Position numbers and translations under genes: made by a program
The notes under the pieces: model-generated
Databases searched by the model: none
What the model saw: the letters and a program-made list of their open reading frames with translations, nothing else
What the model was told of the DNA's origin: nothing
From: a virus
Length of the DNA stretch: 41,987 nucleotides
Virus record (IMG/VR): IMGVR_UViG_3300020215_000035
Reading direction: 5' to 3' (one strand)
Part shown: positions 22,556 to 31,543 of the stretch, piece by piece
How the letters are laid out: the number at the start of each line of letters is the position of its first letter
How positions within the stretch are numbered: position 1 is the stretch's first letter

Positions 22556-22981
22556 CTACACGTCCATTAGGGTGAAGCGGTAGCGGCGGAGGGCGTGGCG
22601 GATGAGGTCGGGCCCCTCGCCCTCGTTGGCCTCGGCGAGCACGGCGCCGTCGAGGCGGACGGGCTGCCCGATGACGGCGAGCCCCGAGGCCGAGAGGTCG
22701 TAGCCCCCCGTGAGCGGGGACGCCCCCACGTCCATGAGGGCGGCGTCGGCGGCGGCGCGGATCTGGCGGGCCGTCCGCCCGTCGGCGGCGAAGGCGTCCA
22801 CCTGGAACACGGCGCTGAGCAGGTCGGTGGTCTTGGCCGAGCCGTCCGTCTCCGTCACCTCGACGACGCGCCCGAAGGGGAGCGCGGGGTCCTGGTCCTC
22901 CCGCGCCCACGTGTAGGCCGACGACGCGGCGTGGGCCGTGAGCCGGGTGTGGATGGCGACGTGGAGCGGGGAGGTGTCCAT
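22556..22981 (-). CDS. tail terminator / tail completion protein
   Basis: 141 aa, between the gp10-like gene and the major tail gene; internal start of listed ORF 22556..23725. Confidence 0.6.
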   Translation of the reverse strand: MDTSPLHVAIHTRLTAHAASSAYTWAREDQDPALPFGRVVEVTETDGSAKTTDLLSAVFQVDAFAADGRTARQIRAAADAALMDVGASPLTGGYDLSASGLAVIGQPVRLDGAVLAEANEGEGPDLIRHALRRYRFTLMDV

Positions 22982-22986
22982 CCGCG

Positions 22987-23442
22987 TTAGCGCCCCCGCA
23001 CGGCTAGCTCGAGGTGGCGCCCGACGGCGCGGGCGAGGACGTGCTCGGCGCGCATCTCCTCGGCGACGGGGAGGAAGTGCGGGCGCGGGGCCATCCGGCG
23101 GGTGCCGTACTCCAGCATCGGCCCGCGCCGGTCGTTCGTCCGCACCACCCCCTCGGGGATGGGGTCGCCGACCCCGGAGAGGTCCACGTGGATCGAGGCC
23201 CGGTAGGAGCCCGTATCCACGGCCGGCGGCTGCCCCGGCGCGCTCGCCTGGTGCGTGACCCCGCCGCGGCGGTAGACGCTGCCCGTCCCGGGCTGGCTCA
23301 CCTTCTCGATGAGCTTGCCGTGGGCGACGACGGTGGTCTCGGCCACGCCGGCAGATGCCGCCTCGCGCACCTCGGACTCCGCGAGCCGCTCTAGCCAGCG
23401 GTCCGCCTCCTTGAAGCCTTCCAGGGTCACGGTGAACGCCAT
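22987..23442 (-). CDS. HK97 gp10-family head-tail adaptor
   Basis: SQPGTGSVYRRGGVTHQASAPGQPPAVDTGSYRASI and LEYGT...RPHF resemble the gp10 family. Confidence 0.8.
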   Translation of the reverse strand: MAFTVTLEGFKEADRWLERLAESEVREAASAGVAETTVVAHGKLIEKVSQPGTGSVYRRGGVTHQASAPGQPPAVDTGSYRASIHVDLSGVGDPIPEGVVRTNDRRGPMLEYGTRRMAPRPHFLPVAEEMRAEHVLARAVGRHLELAVRGR

Positions 23443-23777
23443 TACGCGGCCCCCTCGGGCGCCCCGTCGGGCGGCTCTTCGGGGTCGTCCACGGCCTTCT
23501 CGGCGCCCCGCAGGGCGTCGGCCCGGTCCCGGTCCGTGACGACGAAGCGGTCGCCGGCGCGGACGCGGTGGGCGCTCGCGTGGCCGGGGTCGATCTCCCG
23601 GCCCGGGATCGGGCGCACCGCCCGCATCCGCACCCGGTACGCCGGCTCCTCGCCGCCGGGAGCCCCATGCTCGGGAGCCCCATGCTCGGGAGCCCCATGC
23701 TCGGGAGCCCCATGCTCCGGGGCAACGGGCTCGGGGGCCTTCGCCTTTCGGGGGGTGGTCTTCTTAGCGTTTGCCAT
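23442..23777 (-). CDS. hypothetical protein with four tandem EHGAP pentapeptides
   Basis: 111 aa: Lys-rich N-terminus, (APEHG)x4, acidic Pro-rich C-terminus; TAATG coupling to the next gene. Confidence 0.6.
   Translation of the reverse strand: MANAKKTTPRKAKAPEPVAPEHGAPEHGAPEHGAPEHGAPGGEEPAYRVRMRAVRPIPGREIDPGHASAHRVRAGDRFVVTDRDRADALRGAEKAVDDPEEPPDGAPEGAA
23658..23717. repeat. Perfect 15-bp tandem repeat x4 (GGGAGCCCCATGCTC)
   Basis: Four identical abutting units, in frame within 23442..23777. Confidence 0.95.
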
Positions 23778-23805
23778 CGGGGTATGCCTCGTTAGGGTGA
23801 CGCCT

Positions 23806-24171
23806 CTAGCGTCGGGCTTCGGAGCAGGCGAGCTGCCAGAAGTAGGGGGACGGCGCCCGCCACGTCGCGTCGACCACCGCGCGCACCTGGAGCGTCCGCG
23901 TCTCGCCCGCCTCGGTGAACGTGAGCTGCCAGTCCCGGTCGGGGACGACCTCGGAGCCCGAGACGTGGAGCGGGCGGCGGATAGTGACGATGTAGTCGCC
24001 GGCCTGGACCTGCCCGCCGAGCCGGAGGGACTCGTTCGGGGTTACGGGGTGGACCTCGGCGAACACGGTCCCCTTCGACTCGTGGGAGGCCACGGGGGCG
24101 TACGGCCCGGAGGCCGCCGCCCGCGTGGGCGCCGCCAGCGTGACCCGCTTGTTCAGGCGCTCGGCCGTCAT
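23806..24171 (-). CDS. head-tail joining (head closure) protein
   Basis: LNKRVTL...TVFAEVHPVTPNESLRLGGQVQAGDYIVTIRR pattern of the Phage_H_T_join type. ATG 24171 is coupled (ATGA) to the upstream micro-ORF. Confidence 0.7.
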   Translation of the reverse strand: MTAERLNKRVTLAAPTRAAASGPYAPVASHESKGTVFAEVHPVTPNESLRLGGQVQAGDYIVTIRRPLHVSGSEVVPDRDWQLTFTEAGETRTLQVRAVVDATWRAPSPYFWQLACSEARR

Positions 24172-24266
24172 CGGGCGACGTAGGTGTAGGCGTGGCCGCG
24201 CCACGTCGAGGTGACGACGTAGCGGGGGGCGGCGACGGTGGCGGGGTAGGTCGCGGTCGCGCTCAT
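24168..24266 (-). CDS. 32-aa micro-ORF translationally coupled at both ends
   Basis: MSATATYPATVAAPRYVVTSTWRGHAYTYVAR, with ATGA overlaps at 24263-24266 and 24168-24171. Confidence 0.4.
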   Translation of the reverse strand: MSATATYPATVAAPRYVVTSTWRGHAYTYVAR

Positions 24267-24817
24267 CCGTGCTTGTAGTTGACGTAGGGGGCGAGGAGGT
24301 CGCGGACGCCGCCCGAGAGGGCGCCGGGGTTCAGCCGCTCCTCGTAGTAGTCGAGGACGAGCATCCGGACGGCGAGCCGGAGCGGCTCCGGCACGCTCGC
24401 CGAGGTGGCCCCGTAGCCGGCGACGTAGGTGGCGCGGAAGGCGGCGGCCCCCCGGTCGTGCTCCGGCCAGTCCGCCGTGCCGTCCTCGTTGACGTGGAGC
24501 GTGTCCTGGGCGAGCACGTAGGCGGAGGCCGAGGCCGCCGCGTAGGCGCCGGAGAGCCACGTCTCCACCGTCGTCACCGACGAGACCGGCCCGTAGGGGA
24601 GCGTCACCGGGGGCCGGGCCTCGGCCGCGTCCAGCGTCACCCGGTACGTCCGGTTGATGAGGGCGCGGCCGGTGTGGGCCTCGACGGCCACGCGGGCGGC
24701 CGTGATGAGTGAGCCGATCAGCGTGTCGTCGGCGGCGTGCTCGACGCGGAGGTACGCCTTGGCCTCCGCCGAGGTGATCGGCTCCGCGGCCGGCGCCGAA
24801 GTCACCTCGACGGTCAT
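24263..24817 (-). CDS. gp6-like head-tail connector
   Basis: ITSAEAKAYLRVEHAADDTLIGSLITAARVAVEAHTGRALINRTY is the classic Phage_connect_1 N-terminus. Confidence 0.85.
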   Translation of the reverse strand: MTVEVTSAPAAEPITSAEAKAYLRVEHAADDTLIGSLITAARVAVEAHTGRALINRTYRVTLDAAEARPPVTLPYGPVSSVTTVETWLSGAYAAASASAYVLAQDTLHVNEDGTADWPEHDRGAAAFRATYVAGYGATSASVPEPLRLAVRMLVLDYYEERLNPGALSGGVRDLLAPYVNYKHG

Positions 24818-24846
24818 CGCGCTACCTCAATCGGCCCTGCGGGCTT

Positions 24847-25386
24847 TCAGCCCTTGTTGCGGGTGGACTTCTTCGCCGTCGTCTTGGCGTCGGCGTCGGC
24901 GGTGCGGGCGGCGGCCTTGCGGCGGGCGCCCTCCTCGGCCGTGATCTTCCCGCGCTCGACGGCGGCGTCGGTGGCGGCGTCGGCCTCCGCGGCGGCGGCC
25001 TCCGCGCGCTCCGGCGCGGCCTCCCGCTCCTCGGCCACGTAGTCCCGCTTGACCGACTCCATCTTCTCGCGGTGCTCCTCGGCCACGGTCTTCGCGTGGT
25101 AGGGGCCGGCGGAGGTCTGGATGTACTCGTCGGCCGGGAGCGTCCCGCCCGACTGCTTCGCCCACGTGTCGTCGGCGTCGCCCCCTTCTTCGAGGGGGTG
25201 GCCGTCGATGCCGGCGAGGTTCCGGGGGGAGGCGGGGTCGGTCGCGTCGTCGAGGCGGCCGTAGCCCTCGCCGGCGAGGCGGCCGGCCGCGAAGTCGGCG
25301 AGCTTCGCCGACTCGCCCTTCTTGTACGCGCGGCCGCCGGTCGTCTCGTCGCCGGGGTGGTCCTTGTCGAAGATGAAGCGTGCCAT
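24847..25386 (-). CDS. hypothetical protein, acidic with an Ala/Lys-rich basic tail
   Basis: 179-aa ORF downstream of the capsid genes. Confidence 0.65.
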   Translation of the reverse strand: MARFIFDKDHPGDETTGGRAYKKGESAKLADFAAGRLAGEGYGRLDDATDPASPRNLAGIDGHPLEEGGDADDTWAKQSGGTLPADEYIQTSAGPYHAKTVAEEHREKMESVKRDYVAEEREAAPERAEAAAAEADAATDAAVERGKITAEEGARRKAAARTADADAKTTAKKSTRNKG

Positions 25387-25452
25387 GAGAGGAGGGGGGT
25401 TGGGGGGCTGTGCCCGGTTGCTTAGACGGCGGGCCGCCGCTGGCGCGGCTCG

Positions 25453-25977
25453 CTACACGGCGGCGGAGAACGGGGTGGCCTCGGTGCCGGAGGAGGTCGT
25501 GAAGCCGTGGACGTGCCACACGTCGGAGGCGACGTCCTCGAAGAGGAACCACTCCCCCCGCGTGCCCACGCCCGTCGTCGTCCGGTTGAGCGTGATGGTG
25601 TCGTCGGTGGCCCCCGCCGCGAACGCCTTCACGGCGTCCGAGTCGTCGGAGAGCGTCTGGACCTGCCCGATCATGGTGTCGTTGCCGGTCACCTGGATCA
25701 CGAGGGAGCCCGAGGTGAGCGTGGTCCCGATGACGACGCGGAACCGGGCGCCGGAGCCGGTGGCGGCCGGGAGCGTGAGCGTCGAGCCGGCGGCGCGGTT
25801 CACCGTCACCGTCGCCCCGTCGTGCGTCGCCTCCGAGAGCGTGAGCGAGGCGGCGGTGAGGTTGATCCGCCGCGCGCTCACGTCGGCGGCCCGGTTGATC
25901 TCGGCCGCCGTCGCGTTGACGTCCTTGAGGTCGGTGGGGTCGGCGATCCCCTTCTTGAGGTTGTAGAGGGTGCCCAT
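25453..25977 (-). CDS. hypothetical beta-rich protein (possible capsid decoration)
   Basis: 174 aa MGTLYNLKKGIADPTDL...; position immediately after the capsid gene; internal start of listed ORF 25453..27768. Confidence 0.6.
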   Translation of the reverse strand: MGTLYNLKKGIADPTDLKDVNATAAEINRAADVSARRINLTAASLTLSEATHDGATVTVNRAAGSTLTLPAATGSGARFRVVIGTTLTSGSLVIQVTGNDTMIGQVQTLSDDSDAVKAFAAGATDDTITLNRTTTGVGTRGEWFLFEDVASDVWHVHGFTTSSGTEATPFSAAV

Positions 25978-26072
25978 CGGTGCGGGGGTTGTCGGTGGCG
26001 AGGAAGGCGGCCGGGGGTGGGCTCCCCAGAGCGGGCTCCCCAGAGCCCCGGCCGTCACCCTTCCCCAAGGGC

Positions 26073-28163
26073 TCAGACGGTGACGCCGTAGCTTATTGCC
26101 GAGGCCTCGGAGTCCCGGGGGAGGAGCCCGAACCGGAGGAGCCCGACGATCTCGGTGGTGTCGGCCCGCGCGATCCGCTGCGTCTCCAGCGTCATCCGCC
26201 GCCGCCACCCGAAGAGCCACTGGTCCCAGCGGACGGCGAGGATGGAGCCGGTCGTGTTGTTCGCGCTCGTGTCCTGGTCCACCTTCCCGGCGGTGTTGGC
26301 GAGGCCGCCGTGGCGGTACGGCTCCTTGAGGTGCATGTGGGAGGCCGTCAGCACCTCGTAGCCCCAGATCCGCGTGAGGTCGCCGGCCGTGATCGTGGCC
26401 CCGTTCCCGAAGACGTCGAGCGTCTTGACGTCCTCGAGCTCCAGCGCCTTCCACATCACCCCCTCGGAGAGGAGGATGGAGATCTTGCTCTTGTCGCGGG
26501 CGTTCATGCCGCCCGTGCCCATGAGCTTGACGGTCTCGAGGAAGTCGGCCGAGGTCAGCGTGCCGGCGCTCCGGCTGTTCGCCGTGTTCGTGACGAGGGC
26601 GAGCTTCCGGAAGCCGTTGACGGTGAGGAAGTAGTCCGTGCTCGCGGGGGTGCCGGCGATGTCGTTGATGTTCGTCGTCGCGGCCGTCTCGGTGTCGCCG
26701 TCGATGACGGCGGAGTCGAGGTACTCCGCGAACGAGGTCGTCATCTGGCGCCGGAGCTGGGCCACGAACGGGAGCATGGAGTCCTCCTCCATCTCGCCCG
26801 TCCACAGCACCCGCATCCCCATCTTGGCGAGCGTCATCGTCTCGTTGTCCGTGCCGAGCTTGGACGAGGGGACGGTGGCGGCGGGGCCGTGGTCGGTGGC
26901 GGCGACCGACGTCGCCTGGGCCACCTTGTACGCGATGGGGTCCGTGCTCTCGACGGGGATGATGTAGGACTCCGCCCCGGCGGGGAACTCGAACTGCGGG
27001 AGCCGCTGCACCGCCACGGTGTCGTTGCGGATCTTGTCCCAGAGCATGCCCGAGGAGGCCGACGTCACCCACTCGTCGCCGTAGCTCGCCTGCGTCGAGT
27101 AGTTGAGCTCGTTCGCCTTCGTGGCCGTGAGCCCCTTCGCGGCCATGAGCGCCTTCGCCTCGGTGTAGGCGGCCGAGCGGCCCTCCTCGCCGTGGAGGCG
27201 GAGGGCGAGCGCCTTCCGCGCCGTGTGGCTGATGCCCTGCTTCGAGATCCGGTTCGCGTGGGCGTCGCCGAGCACGCCGATGAGGAAGGCGAGGTCGCCG
27301 GGGTCGGTGTGGTCGTACTTCCCGACGTCGGCGGTGTGCTGGTTGAAGGCCGGCACGTCCACGACCCCCTTCACGTCGCGGGTGTCGGTCGGGGCGCTGA
27401 ACGCCTTCATGGCCTCGGCCACGGCCGCCTTCACGGCGTCGGCGAGGCCCTCCGGGGCCGGCGCCGGGGGGGTGGGGGCCGGGTCGGGCGCGGGGGCCGG
27501 GGCCGGCGAGGGGGCGGGGGTGGGCTTCTCGTTCGGCTCCATAGCAGGGTCGTCGGCCGAGGCCGCTTTGTTGGTGTCCGGGGGGGTGACGGGCTCCGCC
27601 TGTGCGGGCCCGGTGACGTTGACGTTGATCGTGAGCGTGCCGAGGTCGCCCTTCGTGGCGATCAGCGGCGGCGGCGGCGGGAGGCTCTTGACGGGGAGCG
27701 CCGCGTTCCGGGGCTCGGCCGGCGTCGGCGTGAGGCTGGCCTCCTTCACCGGCCACGCCTTGATCCACCGCGCCTTCCCGACCTGCTCGAAGTCGGTGAG
27801 GTGGCCGACGGCGCCGCTACTCCAGCCGAGCTTGCCCTGGCGGGCGAGGTCGTAGAGCGCCCGCTCGTAGTCGTCGCGGAGGCTGAGCTGGGCCTCGATC
27901 CACAGCCCGACGTCCTCGAACTTCGCCGTGCCGCGCCCGATCTTCCGGTTCTTGAGGTGGCCGTCGCCCCCGTGGTGGTAGTACACGGAGAGGCGGTCGC
28001 CGTCCTCGACGTCGAGGTCGGTGTCCCGCGTGAAGAACTCCCCCGTGAGGTCGGGGTCGTCGGGCGTCGTGAACCGGACGAGGTAGCCGCCGACGCGGCC
28101 CTCCCCGAGCGCCTTGACGGGGCCGCCGAGGAAGACGAGCGTATCGTGGGCCACCGGCTCCAT
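26073..28163 (-). CDS. fused prohead protease-like domain / Pro-Ala linker / HK97-fold major capsid protein
   Basis: N-terminus FLGGPVKALGEGRVGGYLVRF...VYYHHGGDG...GKLGWSSGA is protease-like. PAP-rich linker. The C-terminal ~400 aa are capsid-like (NELNYSTQASYGDEW..., ...ILAVRWDQWLFGWRRRMTLE). Confidence 0.75.
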   Translation of the reverse strand: MEPVAHDTLVFLGGPVKALGEGRVGGYLVRFTTPDDPDLTGEFFTRDTDLDVEDGDRLSVYYHHGGDGHLKNRKIGRGTAKFEDVGLWIEAQLSLRDDYERALYDLARQGKLGWSSGAVGHLTDFEQVGKARWIKAWPVKEASLTPTPAEPRNAALPVKSLPPPPPLIATKGDLGTLTINVNVTGPAQAEPVTPPDTNKAASADDPAMEPNEKPTPAPSPAPAPAPDPAPTPPAPAPEGLADAVKAAVAEAMKAFSAPTDTRDVKGVVDVPAFNQHTADVGKYDHTDPGDLAFLIGVLGDAHANRISKQGISHTARKALALRLHGEEGRSAAYTEAKALMAAKGLTATKANELNYSTQASYGDEWVTSASSGMLWDKIRNDTVAVQRLPQFEFPAGAESYIIPVESTDPIAYKVAQATSVAATDHGPAATVPSSKLGTDNETMTLAKMGMRVLWTGEMEEDSMLPFVAQLRRQMTTSFAEYLDSAVIDGDTETAATTNINDIAGTPASTDYFLTVNGFRKLALVTNTANSRSAGTLTSADFLETVKLMGTGGMNARDKSKISILLSEGVMWKALELEDVKTLDVFGNGATITAGDLTRIWGYEVLTASHMHLKEPYRHGGLANTAGKVDQDTSANNTTGSILAVRWDQWLFGWRRRMTLETQRIARADTTEIVGLLRFGLLPRDSEASAISYGVTV

Positions 28164-28441
28164 CAGGTGAGGGCGACGAGGTTCGTGGCCGTCGTGCTCG
28201 CCTCCGTGATGGAGACGAAGGGGATGCGGTAGATGTGGCCGGCGAGCATCCCCGTGAAGGTGACGGCGGCGGCGTTGTTCGTCGGCTTCAGCACGACGTT
28301 GCCGGCGCCGCCGACGTAGAGCGCGGTGGCGGGCCCCCCGGTGGGCGTGAACGTGCCCCCGGAGAACGTGACGGCCTGAGCGGAGCGGAACTCGTCCAGC
28401 GGGCTCCCCCGGCAAGCGGGGTGCAGGTGCGGACGCAACAT
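28163..28441 (-). CDS. hypothetical protein
   Basis: 92-aa Gly/Thr/Ala beta-type ORF; TGATG coupling to the capsid gene. Confidence 0.55.
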   Translation of the reverse strand: MLRPHLHPACRGSPLDEFRSAQAVTFSGGTFTPTGGPATALYVGGAGNVVLKPTNNAAAVTFTGMLAGHIYRIPFVSITEASTTATNLVALT

Positions 28442-28514
28442 CCCCCGCCGACGCGCGGGGGTGTTATGCCGTCGGCTCTACCGTTCCCACTACCGTCGCG
28501 CCCTGTTGACGCCC

Positions 28515-29213
28515 CTACGCGCGCCCCTTCGTGTAGAGGATGCGCTCCACCTGCCGCACGTCGAGCATCGAGCCCGTCGCCCCCGTCTCCCGCTCCGCCA
28601 GCAGCCGCTTCGCCTCGGCGTGCCCGTGCGCGGCCTTCAGGGCGGGGTAGTCGGCCCGGATCCGCGCGTCGCGCTCGTCGCGCCACGACCGGAACGGGGC
28701 GGCCCGCCGCACGACCTCGAACCGGACGGTGCAACGGCACTGCACGCGCTCCGCCGCCGGGAGGTTGGGGTCTTGCGGCTGCATCGCCGGGTGGCCCCCG
28801 ACCAGGAACGCCTCCTTGAGCCGCCGCTCCTGCCCGCCCGCCGCCCGGTGGCTCGGCCTCGTCCGGGCGTCCGGCGTGCTCACCCACACCTTCCGCAGCT
28901 CCACCCCCCGCTCCTCGGCCGCCTCCGCCGCCGCGATCTGCCCGTAGCTCATCGCAGACAGGGTTTCCGTCCGTGCAATGCGTTCGGCGCGGACGCGGGC
29001 GACCTCGGGCCACGCCTCGCGGATCTCGGCGGCGATCTCGCGGGCGGAGAGCCCCTCGGCGACGCCCTCGGCGACGATCTCGCGGATGGCGTCGCGCGTG
29101 GTGTCGTTGATGAGGCGCACGAGGGTGGCCCCGAAGCGCCCGAGGAACGAGCGGGCCGCCTCTAGCCACCTATCCAGCATCGTCGTCCCCTCCTTCGAGG
29201 GCGAAGGTGTCAA
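28515..29213 (-). CDS. head morphogenesis protein, SPP1 gp7 / Mu F family
   Basis: RIARTETLSA...WVSTPDARTRPSH...QCRCT motifs; alternative start MLDRW at 29180. Confidence 0.85.
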   Translation of the reverse strand: MTPSPSKEGTTMLDRWLEAARSFLGRFGATLVRLINDTTRDAIREIVAEGVAEGLSAREIAAEIREAWPEVARVRAERIARTETLSAMSYGQIAAAEAAEERGVELRKVWVSTPDARTRPSHRAAGGQERRLKEAFLVGGHPAMQPQDPNLPAAERVQCRCTVRFEVVRRAAPFRSWRDERDARIRADYPALKAAHGHAEAKRLLAERETGATGSMLDVRQVERILYTKGRA

Positions 29214-29370
29214 CGAGGACGAGGCGGCAGTGCCCGTCCTCCCCGCGCTCGTAGAGGGCGAACGCCTCCGCCGTCCGCACGGTGAGGAAGCGCTCCCCGT
29301 CGGGGAGCACGCCGGGGGGCACCGCCTCCTCGTGGGCGGGGCCGCCGATGAAGAGGGCGCTCTCAGGCAT
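29170..29370 (-). CDS. hypothetical small acidic protein
   Basis: 66 aa, CCGATG start context, FIGGP... motif similar to the product of 29824..30066. Confidence 0.5.
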   Translation of the reverse strand: MPESALFIGGPAHEEAVPPGVLPDGERFLTVRTAEAFALYERGEDGHCRLVLVDTFALEGGDDDAG

Positions 29371-29596
29371 CGGAACCCATCCTCCGGAGGACGATGCGAG
29401 CGGCTTCTACGGCGCGGGCGCCTTCTACGGCGACCCGCATGGTCTCGGCGTGGGAGCGGTACGCGGCGAAGCGCTCGGCGCGCTCCCGCTCCACTTCGCC
29501 GTAGAGGAACCGGACGAGCTCCAGCAGTTCGTCCCGGTCCATCTCGGCCACGGGGCGCCCGTAGTAGTGGAGGTCCAGGGGGGCGTTCTCAGCCAT
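29363..29596 (-). CDS. hypothetical protein
   Basis: 77-aa helical ORF with a CCGATG start context. Confidence 0.55.
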   Translation of the reverse strand: MAENAPLDLHYYGRPVAEMDRDELLELVRFLYGEVERERAERFAAYRSHAETMRVAVEGARAVEAARIVLRRMGSDA

Positions 29597-29858
29597 CGGG
29601 GTCGAGGTCGAACTCGGGGAAGGTGGCGTCGGCGCCGGCGCTCACGCCCCCCTCGTAGATCATCAGGAGCACGGCCGCGAGGTCGCCGGAGTAGCGGGCG
29701 ATAGCCACGTCCACGTTCTCCCCCCGCTCTATGGCCTGCGCGATGGCCTCCCCCTGCGCTAGCAGGACGGCCTCCACCGCCGGGACGTGGGCCGTCTCTA
29801 GGGGGGCGCGGAGGGCTTCGATCTCAGGGAGCGTCATCGGCAACCCCCGATCCGGCAT
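29589..29858 (-). CDS. hypothetical protein (ATG 29837 favoured by its CCGATG context)
   Basis: Acidic 82-89 aa ORF. Confidence 0.55.
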   Translation of the reverse strand: MPDRGLPMTLPEIEALRAPLETAHVPAVEAVLLAQGEAIAQAIERGENVDVAIARYSGDLAAVLLMIYEGGVSAGADATFPEFDLDPDG

Positions 29859-30066
29859 CTCGCCGCCCGTCCTCGATGATCCGGCGCGCTAGGACTTCAT
29901 CCACTTGGTCGTCTTGGTCTAACAGCCCTTCGTGAATCCAACAACGTAGGGCAGCGAAGGCCGTCCCTTCCGGGGCGAAAGGGAAGCGCATGAACGCGTA
30001 GCCCGGCACATCCGAGAGGTCCGTCGTGGTCCCGTCGAGGCGACCACCGTAGATGCGTGTGCCCAT
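29824..30066 (-). CDS. hypothetical protein
   Basis: 80-aa ORF, IYGGRLDG... motif, in a visibly lower-GC patch. Confidence 0.55.
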   Translation of the reverse strand: MGTRIYGGRLDGTTTDLSDVPGYAFMRFPFAPEGTAFAALRCWIHEGLLDQDDQVDEVLARRIIEDGRRDAGSGVADDAP

Positions 30067-30077
30067 AGAGCGCAGGG

Positions 30078-30200
30078 TTAGTTGAGATAGAGGGTATAGC
30101 CCTTGACGACCTGCACAGCCATGATCTCCTGATCAATCATCCGTGCGAGGTACGTCAGCCAGCGCAAGCCGGCGATGATGGAGCGTTCCTCCGGTGTCAT
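30078..30200 (-). CDS. 40-aa micro-ORF coupled to the portal stop
   Basis: MTPEERSIIAGLRWLTYLARMIDQEIMAVQVVKGYTLYLN; ATGA overlap at 30197-30200. Confidence 0.4.
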   Translation of the reverse strand: MTPEERSIIAGLRWLTYLARMIDQEIMAVQVVKGYTLYLN

Positions 30201-31543
30201 AGCCCGCCCTCGAGGATCTCCCGCACGCGGAGCCCGATGCCCTTGCCGGGCGCCTCCCCGTTCGTCGTCGTGCGCGGGACGGGGGGCCTGCCCATCGCCC
30301 CGTCGCCGCCGCCGGAGGGGGGCCCCGTGGCCGGGGGCGGGGTGAACTCCCCGAGGAGGGGGACGGGCGGGCGGCCCATGAGCTCCCGCCCCTCCTCCCG
30401 CGTCAGCACGGGGCCGCCGACGAGGAGCGACACCTGGGCCGCCTTCTCCAGCTCGTAGACCTGCATCACCTCCAGCTTCTTCGGGAGGAACCGGAACGTG
30501 TACCCGAGCTCGTTGAAGAGGTGGTCGTTCAAGGCGTCCTGGATCACGTTGCACCGGGGGAGGATCGTCCGCGTGTAGAACCCCCGCTCCTCCACCGAGG
30601 CCGTCGCGTAGTTCGCCGCGTCCCCCTTGGCGACCGAGAGCGGGAGGCCGAGCGCGTTGCTCACGGCCTCCCGCTGGGCGTCGGTGAGCGCGTCGGCGCC
30701 GAGGTCCTTGACCCCCTCCCCCACCGTGATCGGGACGATCTTCGAGTTCATGACCTCCGTCACCCCCGCCTTCTTCTTGCCCCCGAACATCCGGTCCCAC
30801 CACCTTTTCAGCTCGGACTTCTGCTCCGGCGTGAGCGGCTGCTCCGACGTGAGGAGGGTGGCCCGGAGGAGCCCCCGGTCGAGGTAGCCGTCGAGGAACG
30901 TGTCGAGGGAGTGGAGCACGTCGGCGTTGATGCGGGCCGCGTCGCCATCGGAGGAGGGGACGCCGACCTCGACGAAGGGGTCGGGCATGGCGATCATGAG
31001 CACGTCCTCGGGGGCGTACACGACGGGCACCCCGTTCACGGTCCGCTTGAACTGGCGGATCCCGCGGTAGGGCGGGCCGGCGGCCCCGTCGTAGACGTGC
31101 TCGACGGTGCCGGGCCGCCACCAGAGGAGCCCGGTGAACCGCCCCCGCTCGCGCTCCTTGAGGGCGTGGACGATGCCGCCGATGGAGAGGAGGGCGGCCG
31201 TCTTGAAGACGAACCGCCGGAGCCCCTTGAAGGGGAGCAGCGCCTCGGGCACGTCCGGGGACTCCGAGTCCCACGCGGGGTCGGCGTCGGGGGCGGCCCC
31301 GAGGGGGTGGATGGCCCACGGGACGTCGGCGAGCGTGTCGCCGATGACGACGACGCAGCGGCGGAACCACCCCTGGACGGCGTACGCCCGCTCCGTCGTG
31401 AAGGGGTCGCCGTGGCCGGCGAGGGCGCGGGCCCACTCCCCGGCCTGCGTGCCGGGGGAGAGGTCCATCGCCTTCGTCGCCGTGACGAGGGCGGCGCCGC
31501 CGGGAGGGCGGCGGTACGGGGGGGCGGGGTAGAGGTCAGCCAT
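30197..31543 (-). CDS. portal protein (HK97-type size class)
   Basis: 448 aa directly downstream of terL. Composition and position are typical. GAACGCCGATG start context. Confidence 0.85.
   Translation of the reverse strand: MADLYPAPPYRRPPGGAALVTATKAMDLSPGTQAGEWARALAGHGDPFTTERAYAVQGWFRRCVVVIGDTLADVPWAIHPLGAAPDADPAWDSESPDVPEALLPFKGLRRFVFKTAALLSIGGIVHALKERERGRFTGLLWWRPGTVEHVYDGAAGPPYRGIRQFKRTVNGVPVVYAPEDVLMIAMPDPFVEVGVPSSDGDAARINADVLHSLDTFLDGYLDRGLLRATLLTSEQPLTPEQKSELKRWWDRMFGGKKKAGVTEVMNSKIVPITVGEGVKDLGADALTDAQREAVSNALGLPLSVAKGDAANYATASVEERGFYTRTILPRCNVIQDALNDHLFNELGYTFRFLPKKLEVMQVYELEKAAQVSLLVGGPVLTREEGRELMGRPPVPLLGEFTPPPATGPPSGGGDGAMGRPPVPRTTTNGEAPGKGIGLRVREILEGGL

Noticed and set aside
25453-28415. 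Listed ORFs 25453..27768 (-), 25980..28232 (+) and the N-terminal extension of 26073..28415 (-)
   Set aside because: These are Arg/Gly/Pro-rich artefact frames. The credible genes are 25453..25977, 26073..28163 (from MEPVAHDTL) and 28163..28441.
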